NCBI GenBank assembly: GCA_036759025.1
Contig: DAIOVL010000018.1
Span: 2,494-66,493 of the forward strand
Source of the DNA: Bacteroidales bacterium
Lineage (GTDB): Bacteria > Bacteroidota > Bacteroidia > Bacteroidales > VadinHA17
DNA length: 64,000 nt
Direction of reading: 5' to 3'
Shown: positions 28,644 through 38,055 of the stretch, piece after piece
Layout: the number at the start of each line of letters is the position of its first letter
Numbering within the stretch: position 1 is the first letter of the stretch
Program-made: the position numbers and the translations under genes
The notes under the pieces: model-generated
What the model was told of the DNA's origin: nothing
Databases searched by the model: none
The model's input: the letters and a program-made list of their open reading frames with translations, nothing else

Positions 28644-28651
28644 CAAAAGTA
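28644..28651 (-). promoter_or_regulatory. -7 promoter box for the lipoprotein/OM-barrel pair
   Basis: Plus-strand CAAAAGTA equals minus-strand TACTTTTG, 18 nt upstream of the ATG at 28625. Confidence 0.45.
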
Positions 28652-28731
28652 AGAAAAATATGTTACCGGTTTACCGTCACCTCAACACGAAGGCGGATGT
28701 GAAGTCAGAGACAGTAGCGGCTGTATGGGGA

Positions 28732-30576
28732 TCAGAACTTTGGTAATCCTTTCAGTATTTCCGTAATACCGTTCCTTATCCTGGAAAGAACTGTCAGATC
28801 CTTGTCGCCGCCGAAATATATTTCATTAATTATATCCCTGTAACGTTCGGTGAGGTAGTTTCTTCTCAGCTTGAGGGTCGGTGACAGTTCTCCCGTCTGG
28901 GGGCTCCATTCCTCTGTAACCAGCCGGAATCGTTTTATCTGTTCATGTTCGCCAAGTGATTTGTTCACTTCTTTCAGCTCCCTGCTGTACCTTTCGGTCA
29001 CTTCGGGCAGTTCTGTGAGATCGCTGTTGTCGCGGTACTGGATATTGCGTTCGGCGCACCAGCCGTGAAGGAAGGTGAAGTTGGGAGATATGAGGGCGCT
29101 GGCGAACTTTTCATTTTCGCCGATGACCATTGCCTGCTCGATGAATATTGATTCCTTAAGCTTGTTCTCAAGAACCTGGGGTGCGATGTATTTCCCGGCG
29201 GAAAGCTTGAACATCTCTTTTTTCCTGTCGGTTATCCTGAGCCATTTTTCTTCTTCAAAAACACCGATATCGCCGGTATGGAACCAGCCTTCGCTGTCGA
29301 TCACTTCGGCTGTAAGCTCGGGGGCCTTATAATAACCAATCATTACGTTGACTCCCCGGCAGAGTATCTCACCGTCGTCGGCAATCTTAACTTCGACATT
29401 TTCCAGCACCGGGCCCACTGTGCCGAATCTGATTTCAGGGATCCTGAATGGATTGACGGCAATTACAGGTGAGGTTTCTGTAAGTCCGTATCCCTGAATT
29501 ACAGGCATACCTGCAGCCCAGAATATTCTCTCGAGTCGCGACTGGAGGGCGGCACCGCCTGAAACCATAACCTGCAGTTCTCCTCCAAGCGCTTCCTGCC
29601 ACTTGCTGAATATCAGTTTCCTGGCCAGTCTCAGACGCAGCATGTAAAATGATGAGTTATTGTGAAGTCTGAACCTCAGACCAAGGCTCACGGCCCAGAA
29701 GAATATGGTCTTTTTCACCCATGAAAGGTCTTTTCCCTTTGCAAGAATGTTGTCGTATATTTTTTCGAGCAGACGTGGTACCGTGTTGAAGATATGTGGT
29801 TTCACTTCCTTTACGGCTTCCGACACCGTTCCCATGTTCTCTACATAGTACACGCTGATGCCCTTGTACTGGAAATGATAATTCATCATTCTTTCATACA
29901 CATGGCAGAGGGGAAGGAAGCTCATGGCCCTGTCGCCATAGCCAAGATGGTGAGCCGTGGAGGTTGAGATTGCGTTCGATACCAGGTTTTTATGTGTCAG
30001 CATGACGCCCTTTGAGTTCCCTGTCGTTCCGGAAGTGTATATGATCGTAACCATGTCTTCCGGTTTGATGCTTTCCCTTATGGATGTAACCACGGGTGCA
30101 TATTTCCCGGAGTTCTTCCTCCCTTCCTCTAGAACAGATGAGAATGGTCTGGCTCCTTCAACGGGGTCGAATGAGAAGATGTAATCTGTCAGCCCAAGTC
30201 TGTCGGCTGTGGATTTAACCTTGTTGAATATACCCTTGTTGCTGATTATAATCGCTTTCACCTCCGAGTGTTCAAGTATGTAGCTGTATTCTTCAGGGCT
30301 TATCGTAGGGTAAATGGGTACATGGATGATCCCGGCCTGGGCCAGTCCCATGTCAACAAAATTCCACTCAGGCTTGTTTCCGGTTATCGTGGCGATTTTG
30401 TCACCTCTTCCGAAACCCATAGCAAGGAGGCCGTAACTTACGGCATCAACATGTTCGCGGACCTCAGCCGTGGAGTATACTTTCCATACCTTGTCCTGCT
30501 TCCCCCCGTACATGTCGCTTCGCGGATATAAGGCGACATTGAGGTCGATAATATCAAAAGTCCGGGTAACTTCCAT
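28732..30576 (-). CDS. Long-chain acyl-CoA synthetase (AMP-forming, FadD-like)
   Basis: AMP-binding motif IIYTSGTTGNSKGVMLTH, plus GYGLTETSP and TGDIG...ITDRKKEMFKLSAGKYIAP. Confidence 0.85.
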   Translation of the reverse strand: MEVTRTFDIIDLNVALYPRSDMYGGKQDKVWKVYSTAEVREHVDAVSYGLLAMGFGRGDKIATITGNKPEWNFVDMGLAQAGIIHVPIYPTISPEEYSYILEHSEVKAIIISNKGIFNKVKSTADRLGLTDYIFSFDPVEGARPFSSVLEEGRKNSGKYAPVVTSIRESIKPEDMVTIIYTSGTTGNSKGVMLTHKNLVSNAISTSTAHHLGYGDRAMSFLPLCHVYERMMNYHFQYKGISVYYVENMGTVSEAVKEVKPHIFNTVPRLLEKIYDNILAKGKDLSWVKKTIFFWAVSLGLRFRLHNNSSFYMLRLRLARKLIFSKWQEALGGELQVMVSGGAALQSRLERIFWAAGMPVIQGYGLTETSPVIAVNPFRIPEIRFGTVGPVLENVEVKIADDGEILCRGVNVMIGYYKAPELTAEVIDSEGWFHTGDIGVFEEEKWLRITDRKKEMFKLSAGKYIAPQVLENKLKESIFIEQAMVIGENEKFASALISPNFTFLHGWCAERNIQYRDNSDLTELPEVTERYSRELKEVNKSLGEHEQIKRFRLVTEEWSPQTGELSPTLKLRRNYLTERYRDIINEIYFGGDKDLTVLSRIRNGITEILKGLPKF

Positions 30577-30679
30577 TTTTCAGAAAATTGATTTTTTGAT
30601 GCAATTCCGATATAGTATATTAACAGTATATATATTTCATTAACAGTGAATTATACGTGATCATAAAATAATCAAAAAA

Positions 30680-30709
30680 AGGTTATAGGACAGATTCTTA
30701 AAATAACCT
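30680..30709 (-). terminator. Candidate intrinsic terminator of alaS
   Basis: AGGTTAT / 16-nt loop / ATAACCT, followed on the minus strand by a T6 run. The stem is AT-rich and weak. Confidence 0.4.
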
Positions 30710-30764
30710 GATTCGAAAGGGGAAATGTCATTATGGATCACGATAATCTGAATGCAATTTAAGG

Positions 30765-33404
30765 TCAGTTATTCTTCAATCTGAGTATGTATTCTTTTGC
30801 CTTCCGAATGGCAGCCGGAATGCCACCGGGATTTTTGCCTCCGGCACTTGCGAGGAAAGGCTGACCGCCGCCGCCGCCGCTGATTTCCGGAGCAATTGCC
30901 TTAATTATCTCTACTGCATTTAGTTTCATGTTTTTAACAAGAATATCGCTGACCATCACGACGATATTTGCTTTGTCCCCGGATGCGGAACCTATTACCA
31001 TAACACTGTTGCCGGACGATTTTCTGGCTTCGAATGCGATGGTTTTCAACATTTCCGCCGAATCGACATCAATCAGTCCCGACATAAATTTTATGTTTCC
31101 CAGGTCCTCGGCATTTCTTTCCAGTTCTCTGAGTTCTGAGCGTGCAGTAAGAAGCTGGTATTTTTCGATTGTTTTTCTCAGGGAGCTGTTCTCCGCAATT
31201 AGTTTTTCAACACCCTCCCTTATGTTTCCGGGAGTCTTGAGCAGTGCAGCCACATCGTCGGAGGCAGCCAGTTTGTCGTTAATATATTCGTAAGCACGGA
31301 CCCCGGTGACTGCTTCTATCCTTCTTATCCCTGCAGCTATGGCTCCTTCCGAAACGATCTTTATCAGCCCTATGCCTGATGTCGATTCAATATGTGTTCC
31401 TCCGCACAATTCGACGGAGTCGCCGAAGCCTATCACCCTTACTGTTTCTCCGTACTTTTCACCGAAGAGGGCCATTGCTCCCATCTCTTTTGCCTTCTCC
31501 AGAGAGATGTTTTCGGTCACTTTTCTTGAAAGGTTCTGCATCACCAGCCTGTTTGCCGTCAACTCTACCAGTGAAAGCTCATCTCTGGATATCCTGTTAA
31601 AATGGCTGAAATCGAACCTCAGCCTTTCGGGTGTCACCAGTGATCCCTTTTGTTCAACGTGGCTTCCCAGGACCGACCTTAATGCATGATGCAGAAGATG
31701 GGTTGCAGTATGATTGGCTGCAGTCATCATCCTTTTTTCGCTATCTGCCACAGCCCTGAATTGGGCTTCGGGATTCACAGGAGCCTTTTCAGCGACATGG
31801 ATAATAAGGTCATTTTCTTTAACGGTATCGCTGATCATTATCTTTTCCTTTTCCGAGATAAGATATCCCGAATCACCTGTCTGGCCTCCCGATTCGGCAT
31901 AAAAAGGTGTCAGGTTCAGTACGATATGGCATACTTCTTTCCCTTTGACCTTTACGATCCGGTATTTACTTATCAGCACATCATCTTCCGTGTTTTCATA
32001 GCCTGTAAAGATCGTTCCTGGCGTTTCCCTCACTATTATCCAGTCGCCGGCGTCTATCACAGCTGTATCGCGTGATCTCTGTTTCTGTCCGGCCATTTCC
32101 TTTTCAAAGCCCTGCATGTCGAGTCTCATGCCATTTTCCTTGAGGATGAGCTGTGTAAGGTCGACAGGAAATCCGTAGGTGTCATAAAGCTCAAAAGCTA
32201 TTTTCCCGGGGAAGAGGTCATTGTTTTTTTCCTTCATCTCAGCAATTATCTTTCCTGTCATCCTGAGCCCTTTGCCAAGGGTTTTCAGGAATGAAGACTC
32301 CTCTTCATGTATTATCCTTGAGATATGGTCTTCTGAATTTGCCAGTTCGGGGTAATTCCCGCCCATGCTTTTCACCAGGGCAGGTACAAGCCTGTAGATG
32401 AAGGGTTCTTCAGCTCCCAGGTAATTGTAGCCATATCTGATAGCCCTCCTCAGGATTCTTCGGATCACATATCCGGCTTTGTTGTTGGAAGGGATCTGTC
32501 CGTCGGCTACCGAAAATGCCACAGCCCTCAGGTGGTCGGCAACAACGCGCATTGCAATATCCGTCTGGGGCGATTCGCCGTATTTCTTTCCGGTTATTGA
32601 TCCCAGTACACTAAAGAGAGATTGAAAAATATCGGTGTCGTAGTTCGATCTTTTACCCTGAACGATCATACAGAGCCTCTCGAATCCCATCCCTGTATCA
32701 ACATGTTTTGCAGGAAGTGTTTCCAGTGAGCCGTCAGCTTTCCTGTTGTACTGTATGAAAACCAGGTTCCATATTTCTATTACCAGGGGATGGCCGGTGT
32801 TAATGAGTTCATGTCCAGGGATCATGGCTCTTTCCTTTTCTTCCCTTATGTCGACATGTATTTCGGAACAGGGTCCGCAGGGACCGGTGTCGCCCATCTC
32901 CCAGAAATTGTCCTTCTTTGATCCTTCCAGTATCCTGTTTTTCTGAGTGCCGAAGCACTTCTCCCATTGCATGAATGCTTCATCGTCGCGGGGAACATTT
33001 TCTTCAGGACTGCCTTCGAAGATGGTCGTATACAGCCGGTCCTGAGGAATTCCAAGTTTTTCAGTCAGGAATTCCCAGGCCCATTCGACAGCTTCTTTCT
33101 TAAAATAGTCGCCGAATGACCAGTTCCCAAGCATCTCGAACATTGTATGATGATAGGTGTCGTGGCCCACTTCTTCAAGGTCGTTATGTTTGCCTGAGAC
33201 CCTCAGGCACTTTTGTGAATTAGCTGTTCTGAGGCTCTTTGGCTGCCTGTTACCCAGGAAGATATCCTTGAACTGGTTCATCCCGGCATTTGTGAACATA
33301 AGGGTTGGATCATTCTTTATCACCATGGGAGCAGATGCCACTATCTCATGTCCTTTCGAACGGAAAAATTCTAAAAATTGCTGCCTCAGTTCATTTGAAT
33401 TCAT
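30765..33404 (-). CDS. alaS: Alanine--tRNA ligase
   Basis: 879 aa. FTNAGMNQFK, editing-domain HTATHLLH, and a C-terminal DHHA1-type GGGGGQPFLASAGG. Confidence 0.97.
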   Translation of the reverse strand: MNSNELRQQFLEFFRSKGHEIVASAPMVIKNDPTLMFTNAGMNQFKDIFLGNRQPKSLRTANSQKCLRVSGKHNDLEEVGHDTYHHTMFEMLGNWSFGDYFKKEAVEWAWEFLTEKLGIPQDRLYTTIFEGSPEENVPRDDEAFMQWEKCFGTQKNRILEGSKKDNFWEMGDTGPCGPCSEIHVDIREEKERAMIPGHELINTGHPLVIEIWNLVFIQYNRKADGSLETLPAKHVDTGMGFERLCMIVQGKRSNYDTDIFQSLFSVLGSITGKKYGESPQTDIAMRVVADHLRAVAFSVADGQIPSNNKAGYVIRRILRRAIRYGYNYLGAEEPFIYRLVPALVKSMGGNYPELANSEDHISRIIHEEESSFLKTLGKGLRMTGKIIAEMKEKNNDLFPGKIAFELYDTYGFPVDLTQLILKENGMRLDMQGFEKEMAGQKQRSRDTAVIDAGDWIIVRETPGTIFTGYENTEDDVLISKYRIVKVKGKEVCHIVLNLTPFYAESGGQTGDSGYLISEKEKIMISDTVKENDLIIHVAEKAPVNPEAQFRAVADSEKRMMTAANHTATHLLHHALRSVLGSHVEQKGSLVTPERLRFDFSHFNRISRDELSLVELTANRLVMQNLSRKVTENISLEKAKEMGAMALFGEKYGETVRVIGFGDSVELCGGTHIESTSGIGLIKIVSEGAIAAGIRRIEAVTGVRAYEYINDKLAASDDVAALLKTPGNIREGVEKLIAENSSLRKTIEKYQLLTARSELRELERNAEDLGNIKFMSGLIDVDSAEMLKTIAFEARKSSGNSVMVIGSASGDKANIVVMVSDILVKNMKLNAVEIIKAIAPEISGGGGGQPFLASAGGKNPGGIPAAIRKAKEYILRLKNN

Positions 33405-33470
33405 CTGTAATTATCATTGAATTATGTTAATATCTCCTGAAATTGGCTTGTAAAATTAATTTATTTGATT

Positions 33471-33478
33471 TAGATTTG
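33471..33478 (+). promoter_or_regulatory. -7 promoter box for the first M23 peptidase gene
   Basis: TAGATTTG is an exact TAnnTTTG, 42 nt upstream of the ATG at 33521. Confidence 0.45.
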
Positions 33479-33520
33479 TCGGTTGCCTGAAATAAAAAGT
33501 TGAAAGATCAAGTCCGGATA

Positions 33521-34486
33521 ATGGGGAAACGGAAATACTTTCTTGACCTTAACGACCTGCAATACAAGCAGGTAAGGCCTCCTTTGCGCAAACGTGTCAT
33601 ACGGTTTTTATTCTGGTTTACAGCTTCCCTGGCGTTATCACTTCTCTATATTTCAATCTACACCTCATTCTCAGGCTCTCCGAAAGTACATCTGCTAAGC
33701 CGTCATCTCGACGACATTAAGCTTAAATATCTCCTCGCCAACAGGGAACTTGACAGTTCAATGGAAGCAATCAACAGCCTTAAGCAGTCTGATGAGATAA
33801 GGTACCGTCCCGTCCTTTCTCTCGACAGCATCCCGGGTATGATAAGAAATCCCGGTTTTGGTGGTGTCGACAGGTTCACGAACCTGGATGGTTATATTTA
33901 CTCTCCGCTCATTAAGTCGACAAGGATCAGGATTGAGGAGATGAAAAATATGACCAGTGTTCAGGATCATTCTTTCTCAAGCATTCTTGAAAGAGCTCAG
34001 GAATGGATGCATGAAATGGACCATCTGCCTGCAATATGCCCGGTTGATCCTTCTTTCAGACTCGGCGACGGTTTTAAATTCCGTGAGGTACACCCTGTTC
34101 TCGGAATCGGCAGGATGCACTATGGCCAGGATTTTTATGTTCCCTACGGAACGAATATCTATGCCACAGGCGACGGCAAGGTAGTTGAAGCAGGGTACAA
34201 CAGTTATGGCTTCGGGAACTACGTGGTGATAGATCATGGATACGGGCTTCAGTCAATTTACGGCCATCTCAGTAAGATTCACGTGTCGAAGGGCGACATG
34301 GTCAAAAGAGGCCGTCTGATAGGTCTTAGCGGCAGTTCGGGCACATCGTCGGGCCCCCACCTGCATTACCAGATTAACAAATACGGATCACCCGTTAATG
34401 CCATTAACTTCTTCAATAACGACATCACCCGCGAGGAATTTAATGAAATGATCCAGGCCTTCAGCTCGGGTTCAAGCTTCAGATAA
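33521..34486 (+). CDS. Membrane-anchored M23 (LytM-type) metallopeptidase
   Basis: TM segment FLFWFTASLALSLLYISIY, a coiled-coil region, HYGQD (HxxxD), and GPHLHYQI (HxH). I prefer the ATG at 33521 to the track's TTG at 33500. Confidence 0.85.
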   Translation: MGKRKYFLDLNDLQYKQVRPPLRKRVIRFLFWFTASLALSLLYISIYTSFSGSPKVHLLSRHLDDIKLKYLLANRELDSSMEAINSLKQSDEIRYRPVLSLDSIPGMIRNPGFGGVDRFTNLDGYIYSPLIKSTRIRIEEMKNMTSVQDHSFSSILERAQEWMHEMDHLPAICPVDPSFRLGDGFKFREVHPVLGIGRMHYGQDFYVPYGTNIYATGDGKVVEAGYNSYGFGNYVVIDHGYGLQSIYGHLSKIHVSKGDMVKRGRLIGLSGSSGTSSGPHLHYQINKYGSPVNAINFFNNDITREEFNEMIQAFSSGSSFR

Positions 34487-34519
34487 CCCCTGACCGGTTG
34501 CTTAAAAGGATCGTTTTCT

Positions 34520-34527
34520 TATCTTTG
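34520..34527 (+). promoter_or_regulatory. -7 promoter box for the second M23 peptidase gene (near-leaderless)
   Basis: TATCTTTG lies only 7 nt upstream of the ATG at 34535. Confidence 0.4.
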
Positions 34528-34534
34528 CTGCATC

Positions 34535-35506
34535 ATGCCAAAATCGAGATACAGATTTAATCCTGAGTCACTGAGCTTCGACAAGATACGGCTCGGCTAC
34601 AAATCTGTCCTGCTCAGGGGGCTTGCCTATTTTACAGGATCTTTGCTGGTGGCTGTGGCATACTACATTATTTATGCTTCATTCTTTGACTCACCAAAGG
34701 AAAAGGCCCTGCAAAGGGAAATATCCCAGCTTACCCTTCAGTATGATATAATTCAGAAGGAGATGGAAGACCTGGGAACAGTAATAGGACAGCTTGAACA
34801 AAAGGATGATAATCTTTACAGGGCGATATTCGAGGCAGAACCAATACCTTCGACACAAAGGGAAAGCGGCGTGGGAGGTATCAACAGGTACAGGGACCTG
34901 GAAGGCTATTCCAATTCGGATATTGTGATCGAAACGACAAAAAAACTCGACCGGATCAAAAAGAAAATTGTTGTTCAGTCGAAATCGTATGATGATCTCT
35001 TTGACCTGGCGCGTACAAAGGAGGATATGCTGGTTTCAATACCTGCCATCATGCCAATCTCCAACAGGGACCTTACCCGGACGGCATCAGGTTTCGGACT
35101 CAGGATACACCCTATCTATAAGATCATTAAATTCCACGCAGGAATGGACTTCACCGCCCCGACAGGTTCAGAGATTTATGCCACCGGCAACGGAACGGTA
35201 GAGGCAGTCAACACCGCGTCAAGAGGATTCGGAAAACACATTATCATCGACCACGGCTACGGATACAAGTCTCTGTATGCCCACCTCGACGGTTTCAATG
35301 TAAGAAGAGGTCAGAAGGTAGAGAGAGGCGAGGTGATAGGTTTTGTAGGAAATACAGGCACCTCAGTGGCTCCGCACCTGCATTACGAAGTCAGACTTAA
35401 CGGTAAAAGCATCGATCCTGTGAATTTTTATATGAATGACCTTAACGCCGAGGAATACGAGAGGATGATAGAGATAGTTTCGAAAACCGGCCAGTCTTTT
35501 GATTAG
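34535..35506 (+). CDS. Membrane-anchored M23 metallopeptidase, paralog of 33521..34486
   Basis: TM segment LAYFTGSLLVAVAYYIIYA, coiled coil, HAGMD, APHLHYEV. Confidence 0.85.
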   Translation: MPKSRYRFNPESLSFDKIRLGYKSVLLRGLAYFTGSLLVAVAYYIIYASFFDSPKEKALQREISQLTLQYDIIQKEMEDLGTVIGQLEQKDDNLYRAIFEAEPIPSTQRESGVGGINRYRDLEGYSNSDIVIETTKKLDRIKKKIVVQSKSYDDLFDLARTKEDMLVSIPAIMPISNRDLTRTASGFGLRIHPIYKIIKFHAGMDFTAPTGSEIYATGNGTVEAVNTASRGFGKHIIIDHGYGYKSLYAHLDGFNVRRGQKVERGEVIGFVGNTGTSVAPHLHYEVRLNGKSIDPVNFYMNDLNAEEYERMIEIVSKTGQSFD

Positions 35507-35521
35507 CCTTCCTGAACCTCC

Positions 35522-36595
35522 ATGAGAATTAAGCAACTTTTTTTAATACTTTACCTTACTGCCGGTATTGAGCCTGCTCTGAACGCAAACCTTCATGCGG
35601 CAGATACAATCCCGGCAAACCGTGAAATTGCCGTAACCCTTGTCGGCGATATCATGCTTGGAACATCATTTCCCTCTACCCGCTTTCTTCCTCCCGGTGA
35701 TGATCCCCTAAGACTTCTGGGAGACCTTGCCGACACTCTTGCCGCTTCGGATATTACATGTGGAAATCTTGAAGGATCATTCCTCGACGAAGGAGAACCT
35801 GCAAAAAAATGCCGCGACACGACTATATGCTATCTCTTCCGGATGCCAGAGCGTTATGCCGGAGCCCTGGCTGTCGCAGGATTTGATTTCCTGAGTCTGG
35901 CCAATAACCATTTCGGCGATTTCGGACCTCCCTCAAGAATAAGAACCATGGAGATACTGGATTCACTTGGTATCAGCTATGGTGGATTGCTTGAATATCC
36001 CTTATCATTTTCTTTACGTGATACCCTTCTGTATGGATTTTGCGCTTTTGCCCCTAATGCAGGCACTGTAAGTATTAATGATATTGAAGGTGCTGAAAAG
36101 ATAGTGAAAGGACTGGCAGATACCTGCGATATTGTGGTAGTTTCTTTTCATGGTGGTGCTGAAGGTGCTGATTATCAGCACGTCAAAGCCGGAGACGAAA
36201 TGTTTCATACCGAAAACAGGGGCGATGTGATTAAATTTTCCCACAGAATGATCGACGCCGGGGCAGACATTGTATACGGTCACGGGCCTCATGTGACAAG
36301 AGCTGTGGAAGTGTATAAGGAAAGGTTCATTGCCTACAGCCTTGGCAACTTCTGCACTTACGGCAGATTCAATCTGTCAGGACCAAACGGAATTGCCCCG
36401 GTAATAAGGATCAGCACTGACGTGAACGGAAAGTTCTTGTCGGGAAGGATAATACCCGTGTTCCAGTCTTACGGCGGCGGCGTGCGAAAAGATCCTGCCG
36501 GCAGGGTGATAAAAACCATAAGGGAACTGACTTCCTCAGATTTCCCCGATGCCGTTATCAATATTGATGACCTTGGAAAAATAACATATAAATAA
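35522..36595 (+). CDS. CapA-family (PGA_cap) metallophosphoesterase-fold protein, secreted
   Basis: Signal peptide. Motifs VGDIMLG, GNLEG, LANNHFGDFG, SFHGGAEG, YGHGPH. Confidence 0.8.
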   Translation: MRIKQLFLILYLTAGIEPALNANLHAADTIPANREIAVTLVGDIMLGTSFPSTRFLPPGDDPLRLLGDLADTLAASDITCGNLEGSFLDEGEPAKKCRDTTICYLFRMPERYAGALAVAGFDFLSLANNHFGDFGPPSRIRTMEILDSLGISYGGLLEYPLSFSLRDTLLYGFCAFAPNAGTVSINDIEGAEKIVKGLADTCDIVVVSFHGGAEGADYQHVKAGDEMFHTENRGDVIKFSHRMIDAGADIVYGHGPHVTRAVEVYKERFIAYSLGNFCTYGRFNLSGPNGIAPVIRISTDVNGKFLSGRIIPVFQSYGGGVRKDPAGRVIKTIRELTSSDFPDAVINIDDLGKITYK

Positions 36596-36599
36596 TGTC

Positions 36600-36935
36600 A
36601 TGCCATACAAGGAGAAGCCTGTAGAAAAACTCTATTATTCAATCGGAGAAGTATCCAGAATGCTGGGTGTAGCAGTATCTACCGTCAGGTTCTGGGAGAA
36701 TGAATTCGATATCCTGAAACCAATGAAGAACAGGAAGGGGAACAGGATGTTCACCCAGGGCGACGTTAAAAACCTTAAGATCATACATCAGCTGCTGAAG
36801 GTTGAAGGGATGACCATTCCCGGGGTGAAGAAAAGGCTGTCGGGCAAATGGGAAGAGACCGACTACAAATATGAGATAGGAGAGTCGCTTCAGAAGATAA
36901 GGGAAATGCTTACTGGGCTTCGTGATTCTATATGA
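36600..36935 (+). CDS. Small MerR-family transcriptional regulator
   Basis: HTH motif YYSIGEVSRMLGVAVSTVRFWENEFD...RKGNRMFTQGDV. There are no C-terminal metal-binding cysteines. Confidence 0.85.
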   Translation: MPYKEKPVEKLYYSIGEVSRMLGVAVSTVRFWENEFDILKPMKNRKGNRMFTQGDVKNLKIIHQLLKVEGMTIPGVKKRLSGKWEETDYKYEIGESLQKIREMLTGLRDSI

Positions 36936-36959
36936 CCTCAGTTTCTTAATTGTTACTTT

Positions 36960-38054
36960 ATGCAGCTAAAAGATCTTGCCTCATTTCTCGATACGGCTGT
37001 GCCGGTGTCATTCCAGGAGGGATATGACAATTCCGGCCTGCAGGTTGGCGATCCGATGAAGACTATCAGTTCAGGGCTTCTTAGTCTTGACGTTACGGAA
37101 CAGGTCCTCGATGAAGCCATTGGATCAGCATGTGATGTAATTATCTCTCATCACCCCGTGATCTTCAACCCCCTTAAACAGATCTCCGGGAAAAACTCCG
37201 TTGAACGGGTAATTATGAAGGCGATAAGGAACGATGTGGCTGTCTATTCTGCACATACAAACCTCGACATCGTCGAAAACGGAGTAAGCCGTAAGCTGGC
37301 CGGAAAGATCGGACTTAAAAATGTAAAAGTACTTACACCTCTTAAACACAGGCTTTTAAAGCTTGTCACTTTTATCCCGGCTGACCACCTCGACAGGGTG
37401 AGAGATGCTGTCTTTGCCGCAGGTGCCGGTTTTATTGGTGCTTACGACCGGTGCGGATTTACAGTTGAAGGTTCAGGAAGTTTCAGAGCCGGAGAAGGAA
37501 GCAGACCCTTTGCAGGCGAAAAGGGCAGGACTCATTTTGAGAAAGAGATCCGTTTTGAAACGATTCTGTTTTCCTATATGAAGCGGGGAGTTGTAAAAGC
37601 CCTCCTTGAATCTCATCCCTATGAAGAGGTAGCGTTTGACCTGTATCCTCTGGAAAATGAAAATCTGAACGCAGGACTGGGTTGTGTGGGGAATTTACCT
37701 GAACCTGTGGATGAAAAATCCTTTCTCACGATGCTGAAGGAAAATTTAGGTTCCGGAAGTATCAGGTACTCAAATCTTACTGGTAAGAAAATATCTAAAG
37801 TGGCCCTCTGTGGTGGCTCGGGAGGACAACTCACAGGTGATGCCATTGCATCGGGAGCCGACGCATTCGTTACAGCAGACTTAAAATATCATAGTTTTTT
37901 TGAAGCTGAAAACCGTATTCTGCTTGTTGATGCCGGACATTATGAGACTGAAAAATTTTCCACAGAATTACTTTACGATCTTATTACCAAAAAATTCCCT
38001 AAATTTGCACTCCGGTTTTCAGAGATAAATACCAATCCGATAAATTACTTTTAA
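36960..38054 (+). CDS. Nif3-like dinuclear-metal-centre protein (GTP cyclohydrolase 1 type 2 homolog)
   Basis: ISHHPVIFNPLK, SAHTNLD, an inserted PII-like domain, and a C-terminal DAGHYETE. Confidence 0.9.
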   Translation: MQLKDLASFLDTAVPVSFQEGYDNSGLQVGDPMKTISSGLLSLDVTEQVLDEAIGSACDVIISHHPVIFNPLKQISGKNSVERVIMKAIRNDVAVYSAHTNLDIVENGVSRKLAGKIGLKNVKVLTPLKHRLLKLVTFIPADHLDRVRDAVFAAGAGFIGAYDRCGFTVEGSGSFRAGEGSRPFAGEKGRTHFEKEIRFETILFSYMKRGVVKALLESHPYEEVAFDLYPLENENLNAGLGCVGNLPEPVDEKSFLTMLKENLGSGSIRYSNLTGKKISKVALCGGSGGQLTGDAIASGADAFVTADLKYHSFFEAENRILLVDAGHYETEKFSTELLYDLITKKFPKFALRFSEINTNPINYF

Positions 38055-38055
38055 T

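Noticed and set aside
35522-36595. Poly-gamma-glutamate capsule locus (because of the CapA-family gene)
   Set aside because: There are no CapB/CapC-type ligase or membrane partners in the window, so only the family-level call is justified.
36600-36935. MerR regulator as a marker of a metal-resistance island
   Set aside because: The 111-aa protein lacks C-terminal metal-binding cysteines, and no efflux or reductase genes are adjacent.
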